The notes under the pieces are model-generated. The model did no database searches. It was not told the origin of the DNA and was given only the letters and a program-made list of their open reading frames with translations. From Bacteroidales bacterium (GTDB lineage: Bacteria > Bacteroidota > Bacteroidia > Bacteroidales > VadinHA17): a stretch of 64,000 nt of DNA. The DNA is taken from NCBI GenBank assembly GCA_046329875.1, contig JAXLTT010000005.1, positions 64,507-128,506 of the forward strand. Reading direction: 5' to 3'. This document shows positions 57,101-64,000 of this stretch, piece by piece. Both the position numbers and the translations under genes were made by a program. Position 1 is the first letter of the stretch; each line of letters starts with the position of its first letter.

Positions 57101-60100
57101 CTACATTCCGGCAGGTGCTGACGCTCCTGGCTGTGACTGCCCGTGACAGTTTTTGTATTTCTTACCACTTCCGCATGGACAGGGGTCGTTCCTTCCTACT
57201 TTCTTATCAACCCTCACAGGTTCAGTTTTTCTGCCCTGCTCTCCTCCCCCTCCGGTGCTGCTGTATTGTGAGAAGTCGCTTTTTGAAGCCCTCATATTGC
57301 TCATGTCAACCTGCCTCTTTCTTTCAGCTTCCTTTACCTGCTCCGGATTCTGGGTCGGAATATGACCCTTCATCAGGGTGCTTACAACATCCTTGTTGAC
57401 CTTTGTTACCATGTTGCGGAACAACTCGTAGGATTCGAACTTGTAGATGAGCAGCGGATCCTTCTGTTCATATGTGGCGTTCTGTACCGACTGTTTAAGC
57501 TCATCCATCTCCCTCAGGTGCTCCTTCCATTCGTCATCTATAGTGGCCAGTACAACTGTTTTTTCATATGCCCTTGCAAGCTCTTTTCCCTTGGTCTCAA
57601 CAGTCGATTTCAGGTTTGTAACAACCTGGAACACCTTGAACCCGTCGGAGATTGGAACCACAACATTTTCATATATGTGGGACATCCTCTCATGAACGTC
57701 CTTCAGTACAGGATATGCCTGTGCTGATATTGCTTCTTCTTTTCTTTTGTAGGTTTCAAGAACCTTGTCGTATACACTTGCGGTGATATCGGATGTGGCC
57801 TGTCTTGCAAATTCTTCCCTGCCTACAGGTGAATCCATTGAAAATGACCTGATAAGGTCAAAGTCAAATCCTTCAAAATCACCATCCTTATGATAAGTTT
57901 CAACAAGTGATTCGGTGACATCATACATCATGTTTGCAACGTCGACGGTAAGCCGTTCGCCGAGAAGGGCATGTTTTCTTTTCTTGTAGATCACCTCGCG
58001 TTGTGAGTTCATCACGTCATCATATTCAAGCAGTCGTTTCCTTATGCCGAAGTTGTTCTCCTCAACTTTTTTCTGTGCCCTCTCTATAGATTTTGTGATC
58101 ATTGAATGCTGGATCATTTCACCATCTTTAAGGCCGAGCCTGTCCATGATGCCAGCTATTCTTTCTGAACCGAAAAGTCTCATAAGCTCATCTTCAAGTG
58201 AGACGAAGAACTGCGACGAACCCGGGTCTCCCTGTCTTCCTGCACGACCTCTCAGCTGCCTGTCGACCCTCCTTGATTCATGACGTTCTGTACCGATAAT
58301 TGCCAGACCACCGGCAGCTTTTACTTCAGGTGTCAGTTTTATATCGGTTCCCCTACCAGCCATGTTGGTTGCAATAGTAATTGTACCTTTCTTTCCTGCC
58401 TCTGCAACAATTTCTGCTTCCCTCTGGTGAAGCTTGGCATTCAGGACATTATGTTTCAGCCCTTTCATCTTGAGCATCCTGCTCAGAAGCTCGGATATCT
58501 CAACAGAAGTTGTACCTACAAGAACAGGTCTTCCCTCGTTATACATCTTCTGAATTTCATCGATGACAGCGTTATATTTTTCCCTCTTTGTTTTATAAAC
58601 AATATCTTCCCTGTCGTTCCTTATACATGGAACATTAGTGGGTATCACAACCACATCAAGTTTGTAGATATTCCAGAGTTCACCGGCTTCAGTTTCTGCT
58701 GTACCTGTCATACCGGCAAGTTTGTGGTACATCCTGAAATAGTTCTGAAGCGTTATGGTTGCATAGGTCTGTGTTGCGGCCTCGACCTTTACATTTTCCT
58801 TTGCTTCTATTGCCTGGTGGAGCCCGTCTGAATACCTCCTGCCTTCAAGAATACGTCCTGTCTGTTCATCAACAATCTTAACCTTGTTATCCATCACAAC
58901 GTACTCATCGTCTTTTTCGAAGAGAGTATATGCTTTAAGCAACTGGGTAAGTGTGTGAACCCTGTCGGACTTTACTGAATAATCCTGTAACAGTTCATCC
59001 TTTGCAAGAAGCTTATCGCGGTCTGACATTGTTGATTTTTCGAGTTCAGCGATCCTTGAACCGACATCCGGGAGAATAAAGAAGCTTGAATCTTCGACAG
59101 ATGTTGAGATCAGGTCCAGACCTTTTTCGGTAAGCTCTATTGTATTGGCTTTTTCATCAATAATAAAGTACAGCTCATCAGTAACCTTAGGCATCTCCTT
59201 GCTGTTGTTCTGCATGTAATAGTTCTCAGTCTTCAGCAGGAGTGTCTTATTCCCTTCTTCGCTAAGGAACTTTATAAGTGCATTATTTTTTGGAAGACCT
59301 TTGAAGGCACGAAGAAGAAGCAGTCCACCTTCCTCAGACTTATCTTCAGAAATAAGTTTCTTGGCATCTGCAAGTATCTGTGTAACCAGTCGTTTCTGTG
59401 CCGATACAAGTTTTTCAACCTTTGGTTTCAGCTCGTCAAACTGCTGGTTATCTGCCTGCGCTGTAGGACCGGAAATAATAAGCGGGGTCCTTGCATCATC
59501 GATAAGAACAGAGTCAACCTCGTCCACAATTGCATAGTGATGCCTTCTCTGGACAAGGTCTTCGGGATTTATAGCCATATTATCCCTCAGGTAGTCGAAG
59601 CCAAATTCGTTATTTGTGCCGAATGTAATATCGGCAAGGTAGGCCTTTCTCCTGTCGGCCGAGTTTGGCTGGTGTTTATCAATACAATCAACAGTAAGGC
59701 CATGGAACTCATATATCGGGCCCATCCACTCCGAGTCCCTCTTTGAAAGGTAGTCGTTTACAGTTACAATATGGACGCCACGTCCGGCAAGTGCATTCAG
59801 GAATACAGGAAGTGTCGCAACAACAGTTTTACCTTCACCTGTTGCCATCTCTGCAATTTTACCTTTATGAAGGGCTACGCCTCCGATCAGCTGAACATCG
59901 TAATGTACCATGTCCCAGGTGATCTCGTTTCCGCCTGCTATCCATTTGTTAGACCACTCAGCCGAGTTGCCTTTAATTGTAACAGAAGGCCTTGTTGCTG
60001 CCAGGTCCCTGTCATATTGTCTTGCTGTAACTTCAAGCACACTGTGTTCCTTGAATCTCCTGGCAGTCTCTTTAACAATAGCAAAAGCCTTTGGGAGAGC

Positions 60101-60421
60101 TGCGTCGAGTATGCCTTCAAGTTTCTGTTCTATATTCTTCTCGAGCTTATCTATCTTATTGTATATCTCTTCTTTGGCATAAACATCTTCTTCTGCTTCA
60201 GCTTTTTCTTTCAGTTTGCGTATCTCGTCTTCATCTTCCGCTATACCCTTAAGAATTTCGTTCCTGAGTTCTGCCGTTTTGTCTCTTAACTCGTCATTGG
60301 TCAGGTTCTGAAGAAGTGAATATTCCTTATGTACCTTTTCTACATAAGGTTCTATCTCCTTCATATCACGCTCATACTTGTTACCAAGAAAAAGACCAAG
60401 AACCTTTGTTACTATGCTCAT
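57101..60421 (-). CDS. secA: preprotein translocase ATPase SecA
   Basis: Walker [38 protein letters not shown] and the C-terminal zinc motif [14 protein letters not shown]. Confidence 0.95.
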   Translation of the reverse strand: MSIVTKVLGLFLGNKYERDMKEIEPYVEKVHKEYSLLQNLTNDELRDKTAELRNEILKGIAEDEDEIRKLKEKAEAEEDVYAKEEIYNKIDKLEKNIEQKLEGILDAALPKAFAIVKETARRFKEHSVLEVTARQYDRDLAATRPSVTIKGNSAEWSNKWIAGGNEITWDMVHYDVQLIGGVALHKGKIAEMATGEGKTVVATLPVFLNALAGRGVHIVTVNDYLSKRDSEWMGPIYEFHGLTVDCIDKHQPNSADRRKAYLADITFGTNNEFGFDYLRDNMAINPEDLVQRRHHYAIVDEVDSVLIDDARTPLIISGPTAQADNQQFDELKPKVEKLVSAQKRLVTQILADAKKLISEDKSEEGGLLLLRAFKGLPKNNALIKFLSEEGNKTLLLKTENYYMQNNSKEMPKVTDELYFIIDEKANTIELTEKGLDLISTSVEDSSFFILPDVGSRIAELEKSTMSDRDKLLAKDELLQDYSVKSDRVHTLTQLLKAYTLFEKDDEYVVMDNKVKIVDEQTGRILEGRRYSDGLHQAIEAKENVKVEAATQTYATITLQNYFRMYHKLAGMTGTAETEAGELWNIYKLDVVVIPTNVPCIRNDREDIVYKTKREKYNAVIDEIQKMYNEGRPVLVGTTSVEISELLSRMLKMKGLKHNVLNAKLHQREAEIVAEAGKKGTITIATNMAGRGTDIKLTPEVKAAGGLAIIGTERHESRRVDRQLRGRAGRQGDPGSSQFFVSLEDELMRLFGSERIAGIMDRLGLKDGEMIQHSMITKSIERAQKKVEENNFGIRKRLLEYDDVMNSQREVIYKKRKHALLGERLTVDVANMMYDVTESLVETYHKDGDFEGFDFDLIRSFSMDSPVGREEFARQATSDITASVYDKVLETYKRKEEAISAQAYPVLKDVHERMSHIYENVVVPISDGFKVFQVVTNLKSTVETKGKELARAYEKTVVLATIDDEWKEHLREMDELKQSVQNATYEQKDPLLIYKFESYELFRNMVTKVNKDVVSTLMKGHIPTQNPEQVKEAERKRQVDMSNMRASKSDFSQYSSTGGGGEQGRKTEPVRVDKKVGRNDPCPCGSGKKYKNCHGQSQPGASAPAGM

Positions 60422-60455
60422 TTTGAAGCTTTTTACTGTTATTTTAAATCATCCG

Positions 60456-60463
60456 CAAAATTA
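60456..60463 (-). promoter_or_regulatory. Bacteroidota-type -7 box (TAATTTTG) for secA
   Basis: Plus-strand CAAAATTA, 34 nt upstream of ATG 60421. Confidence 0.45.
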
Positions 60464-60537
60464 GACTATTTTAAATAATCTGAAACCTGCGGCCAAATAT
60501 AATATCAAAAACCCAGCCAATAATTTTCAGTCGCTTA

Positions 60538-62961
60538 TCACCTGATTTTTGCATACCTCATGATGGTCTGCATATTACCCCTGCTTATAATTATGAAATA
60601 AATACCAGGTGGCTGGTCACTTATATTAATTGCATCTCCGGGGTTAAGCTGGCCTTTTAGGATAGGTTTACCGGATATCATAACAATCTCAAACCGTACC
60701 GGCCTTGTGTCGGTGCCGGTTTGAATATAAATATTGCCATCACCGGGGTTTGGGTAAAGATTCATCTGATCGGCTTTATTTTCAGGAACAGCGTCGAGGA
60801 TTGATCTGATACTTAGATCATCAATTACCCATCCCCAGCCGTGTGCATACGGATCAGAAAACAGCCTGAACCTGATCAACAGTGTATCGCCCTTGCTGAA
60901 TTTTGTGAAAGTTGTTGATGTTATCATGTGGTCCTCATACAGTGATGCAGTTCCCTTGAATGTAGAGTTGGATCCTGTAATCGCACTGTTGTAATCATGC
61001 AGGAAGATAGCCGAGATGCGGCTATCGTAGCCAGCTTCCAGCGGAAACCAGTCGGTGCCGAAATTCCTTGACGCCTCTACAACAACATAATCGTAGAAAT
61101 CGGGCGACCCGTATACTGATCCTGCCTCACCAGGTTCAACAAGCACAACTTCTTTCCATGTCATTACAAGGCCGGCGCTGTCGGTCTTAACAGGATGTTT
61201 GAGAACAGATGTGTAAACTATGCTGTCATTATCACGCTCAGGACTTGCATAGGGATGCGTTGTATGAAGCGCAGGATCGGGGAAACCTGTAAGGGTTATA
61301 ATAGAAAAACCGTTATTAATAAAATCACCGGATGAATTACTGAATGTTGTGTTATATGAGCTCACAATGCCCAGTGTCTCCTGGACCTTTACTGTATGAT
61401 ACCCGGTGGATGGTGAATAACCTTTATTTGCCATCGAGGAGCTGTCCCTGGCAATTATCCTGTACTGCACTGAATCAGAGCCTGTCAGCTGAAGTTCCTT
61501 AAGCCGGAGCTTGCAACTATACGAATTTGCCGAGTCATGAGTCATTCCGGAATATAGGAAGGCGCCGTCATTCTTCCGGTATTCAATATACACACTATCC
61601 ACACCGATATTGTCTGTAGCCTCTGCTGACAGCCTTACCGAGGGTGCAATATCCAATACGTTTGGTGGCGGACGGTGACTTACAACTGGCTTGATTGTAT
61701 CTGTGCCCGTTGTGAATTCATAAGTAATACCGGGTGCGGTTGAAGGGAGCTGATAAACCCTGTTAAAATAATCGGTTACAATAATATAATAACTTAACCT
61801 TGTATTGTAGGATGGAATTCCAAGTGCAAGTCTGAATGTATCGTCTGATGATGGTGGAACAAACCAGCTTGTGTCGGAAGTAATAAACCTGTCGGTTGAC
61901 CAAACCAGCCCGACGTGGTTCCTGTCGAAAGAAGTATCTGACCTGACTACAGTTTTAAAAAGCGCTGTAGCAATGGTATCCTCTGTGTCAGTAAATGGTT
62001 TATGAAATATTCTTGTGTCGATCCATCCAAGATCAGCAAGTATCGACCTGGTTATGCTTCCCGGGTTATGAATGGCTTCCTGGAAACCAATAAAAGGGGT
62101 CATTAGTGCAAGTGAATCTGCAACAGAGTTCTCATTTATATGCGAGATGCTTGATCCTGAATCCCAGGTTGAAGGGGCATAGAGTTTCACCCTGTTCTGA
62201 AGAACCTTACCCCTGAAATATATATTGTTGCCTGTAAGGGCAGTGTACAGTTTCCCTGAGTTGTTTGTGTACCAGGCTGGGTCTGTAAGGCCGTGCCCGC
62301 TCCCATCCTCCACAAAAGTATCGTAAATAAGTGACGGATCACCGCGTGTTCCTGAACTGGCGTTTGTAGAAAAGGTACTTATAAACCCAAGGCCATGACA
62401 CAATTCGTGTAGTACAACAGTTACCAGGTCGTATTTACCTACCGGGACAATTCCGTTTGTTCCGGTATACCAGCTGGTACCGCTGTTTACAGTCATTACT
62501 ATATCGCCATCGGTGTCGTTATTGAATTTCTCTCCACTGATCTTTTCAGCCAGTGCAATAGGATAGTAAACATCAGGCCGTGGTGCATTGAATTGTGAGC
62601 CAGGAATGAAATCTGTTGCTCCTGACTGTGCAAGTACTCCGGTTGTTGATATTGGTGCCCAGCTGGCCTTAATTGTGAAAGAGACATTCTTTGGGAGAAC
62701 AGACTGAAGAATGTCAACGGCATACTGGAAAGCCGTTTTAGCCGAAGCTGTAAATCCGGTGTAATATACTGTGATTCCCGCTCCTTTCCTGCCCGCTGAC
62801 TCCATGAATTCTTTTGGCGGTGGTACATAAACCCTGTTTGGCTTTCCGGAACCATAAGTAACTGATGAATGATTCAATAACTTATTAACATCCTGCCCAT
62901 AAAGAACTGTCCCGGCTGCAAGCAACCAGGGCAGTATGAATTTCATAAGGATTTGTTTCAT
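60538..62961 (-). CDS. secreted HExxH zinc-metalloprotease-like protein with a T9SS C-terminal sorting domain
   Basis: Signal peptide MKFILPWLLAAGTVLYGQ, metalloprotease motif VVLHELCHGLGF, and a C-terminal Por/T9SS CTD-type segment (NLYPNPGDGNIYIQ...PPGIYFIIISRGN). Confidence 0.8.
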   Translation of the reverse strand: MKQILMKFILPWLLAAGTVLYGQDVNKLLNHSSVTYGSGKPNRVYVPPPKEFMESAGRKGAGITVYYTGFTASAKTAFQYAVDILQSVLPKNVSFTIKASWAPISTTGVLAQSGATDFIPGSQFNAPRPDVYYPIALAEKISGEKFNNDTDGDIVMTVNSGTSWYTGTNGIVPVGKYDLVTVVLHELCHGLGFISTFSTNASSGTRGDPSLIYDTFVEDGSGHGLTDPAWYTNNSGKLYTALTGNNIYFRGKVLQNRVKLYAPSTWDSGSSISHINENSVADSLALMTPFIGFQEAIHNPGSITRSILADLGWIDTRIFHKPFTDTEDTIATALFKTVVRSDTSFDRNHVGLVWSTDRFITSDTSWFVPPSSDDTFRLALGIPSYNTRLSYYIIVTDYFNRVYQLPSTAPGITYEFTTGTDTIKPVVSHRPPPNVLDIAPSVRLSAEATDNIGVDSVYIEYRKNDGAFLYSGMTHDSANSYSCKLRLKELQLTGSDSVQYRIIARDSSSMANKGYSPSTGYHTVKVQETLGIVSSYNTTFSNSSGDFINNGFSIITLTGFPDPALHTTHPYASPERDNDSIVYTSVLKHPVKTDSAGLVMTWKEVVLVEPGEAGSVYGSPDFYDYVVVEASRNFGTDWFPLEAGYDSRISAIFLHDYNSAITGSNSTFKGTASLYEDHMITSTTFTKFSKGDTLLIRFRLFSDPYAHGWGWVIDDLSIRSILDAVPENKADQMNLYPNPGDGNIYIQTGTDTRPVRFEIVMISGKPILKGQLNPGDAINISDQPPGIYFIIISRGNMQTIMRYAKIR

Positions 62962-63479
62962 CAGGCCTGTCCGTTTGCCCCGGCAGAGGCTGCAGGTCTT
63001 CTGAGGCTAAGGATATCCCTGTCAAAAACATACAGGTTTGCTGGACCGACGAGCTTGAGTTTGTCGATTACAGTCCTCACTGATGCTTCCTCCTCAATTT
63101 GTTCAGTTACGAACCACTGTAGAAAGTTATGGGTGTTGTAATCCTTTTCCTCGAGTGTCAGGTGAACGATATCGTTTATACTTGCAGTTATAAACTCTTC
63201 GTGTTTAAGCACTTCATTGAAGAGGTCCTCGGGATTTTTGAACTCTGAAGCAGGTTTTTTGAATGCCGGAACAACTGCCGTTCCTCCCCTTTCATTAATA
63301 TACTTTATGAATTTAAGAAAATGGATTCTTTCTTCTTCAGCCTGGGCATAGAGCCATGCTGCGATACCAGGGTAGCCGTTGTTCTCAGCCCATGATGCCA
63401 TCGACAGGTAAAGATTTGACGAAAAGCCCTCCCGTTCAACCTGCCTGTTACACAGATCTTCAACTTTCTTCTTAAGCAT
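62961..63479 (-). CDS. ftnA: non-heme ferritin
   Basis: Ferroxidase-centre pattern (EREGFSSNLYLSMASW...EEERIHFLKF...LEEKDYNTHNFLQWFVTEQIEEE). The stop shares one nucleotide with the downstream protease ATG. Confidence 0.88.
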   Translation of the reverse strand: MLKKKVEDLCNRQVEREGFSSNLYLSMASWAENNGYPGIAAWLYAQAEEERIHFLKFIKYINERGGTAVVPAFKKPASEFKNPEDLFNEVLKHEEFITASINDIVHLTLEEKDYNTHNFLQWFVTEQIEEEASVRTVIDKLKLVGPANLYVFDRDILSLRRPAASAGANGQA

Positions 63480-63502
63480 TGTCGTGAATTTTTGTTATTT
63501 GA

Positions 63503-63886
63503 TTATTTATTTGACTGCTGATTCTCGATTATCTCGTCAACTTTGAGAATGAGTGTGTTAATTGAAAAAGGTTTTGAAAAGATCTCATCAGCTCCAAGCG
63601 CCCTTGCCATGTTCAGGTAGTTTCCTGGTCCGGCCTTCCCTCCACCTGATATTGCTATAATCTTTATAGAAGGTTTTAGTTCCTTGAATCTCATAATTAC
63701 CTTGAGACCATCCTCGTCCGGCATGATGATATCTGTTATAACCAGGTCAACAAGAGAAGGTTTGAACCTGGCCAGAGCTTCTTTTCCGTTTGAAGCTTCA
63801 AGAACAGAATATTTTCGCCTAAGGAAGGATACTTTCAGCATCTCCCTGAGATCATTATCATCTTCAACTATTAGTATTCCGGCCAT
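63503..63886 (-). CDS. single-domain response regulator (CheY-like receiver)
   Basis: ILIVEDD..., phospho-acceptor context LVITDIIMP, and KP in FSKPFS. Confidence 0.85.
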   Translation of the reverse strand: MAGILIVEDDNDLREMLKVSFLRRKYSVLEASNGKEALARFKPSLVDLVITDIIMPDEDGLKVIMRFKELKPSIKIIAISGGGKAGPGNYLNMARALGADEIFSKPFSINTLILKVDEIIENQQSNK

Positions 63887-63892
63887 ATTTCT

Positions 63893-64000
63893 TCAGACTA
63901 AAGACATTTGAATTGCATTCTGCATTTCTTTCAGAGAAACTGGTTTTATCAGAACCTGTTTTGCAACTCCCGAATTTAGTAATTTTTCTTTAGTTATATA
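63893..64000 (-). CDS. 3' end of a gene ending in a receiver domain (response regulator or hybrid histidine kinase); 5' part outside the window
   Basis: My translation of the minus strand gives ...ITKEKLLNSGVAKQVLIKPVSLKEMQNAIQMSLV*. This is a typical receiver C-terminus (G-x-x-x-x-L-x-KP-x-x-x-x-E-L). The stop lies 7 nt before the next ATG. Confidence 0.5.
   Translation of the reverse strand, partial: YITKEKLLNSGVAKQVLIKPVSLKEMQNAIQMSLV

Noticed and set aside
58280-58831. 183-aa plus-strand ORF inside secA, together with a 172-aa ORF at 59771-60289 and other plus-strand ORFs there.
   Set aside because: All are antisense to an unmistakable full-length SecA, and their translations are low-complexity and Cys/Phe-rich.

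Overview
This window reads as a chromosomal, mostly housekeeping and energy-metabolism segment from an anaerobic member of the Bacteroidota. Three things support that placement: a type IX secretion (T9SS) C-terminal sorting domain, TAnnTTTG -7 promoter boxes in front of many genes, and an 11-subunit nuo operon with no nuoEFG. All protein calls come from motifs I recognised in the supplied translations; no database search was run.

Gene content in order:
- 1-9.3 kb: 3' part of a YdiJ-like FAD/Fe-S oxidoreductase, a CN-hydrolase, a hypothetical anchored protein, ggt, rarA, a secreted hypothetical, RNase P RNA (rnpB, minus strand) and queA.
- 9.3-9.7 kb: a repeat-dense intergenic locus.
- 9.8-16.6 kb: a PstS-like/TPR/exbB-exbD-exbD-tonB cluster.
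- 16.8-23.4 kb: a seven-gene hdrCBA-flxDCBA-type (heterodisulfide-reductase-like plus NAD(P)H module) operon on the minus strand.
- 23.9-34.3 kb: nuoABCD-HIJKLMN, divergent from the hdr operon, plus a trailing small ORF.
- 34.3-38.5 kb: a sodium:solute symporter (SSS) transporter, a small membrane protein, a Tat-signal TIM-barrel enzyme and threonine aldolase.
- 38.6-47.7 kb: truA, aroE, a ComA (phosphosulfolactate synthase) homolog, a TPR protein, a PD40 lipoprotein, folD, ffh and argS.
- 47.9-53.6 kb: a SiaC/DUF1987 protein and an AmmeMemoRadiSam locus (Memo-AMMECR1 fusion, 809-aa spermidine-synthase-like membrane protein, radical SAM enzyme).
- 53.6-64.0 kb: ligA, a hypothetical, dapA, secA, a T9SS-sorted HExxH protein, ferritin, a CheY-like receiver and the tail of another receiver-containing gene.

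I saw no transposase, integrase, CRISPR array, tRNA/rRNA or recognisable defence genes.

Most interesting:
1. The AmmeMemoRadiSam locus has an embedded polytopic SpeE-like protein and export-type N-termini.
2. The Flx-Hdr operon sits back-to-back with the N-module-less complex I across a 528-bp palindrome-containing control region.
3. Short word repeats recur in the intergenic regions: 7-nt purine-rich tandems directly after stop codons, CACAGAG and CTTTGTG word clusters, a 9-bp tandem array, and an inverted pair of REP-like (repetitive extragenic palindrome) hairpins.
4. A promoter-plus-terminator-bounded candidate sRNA lies at about 42.55-42.64 kb.
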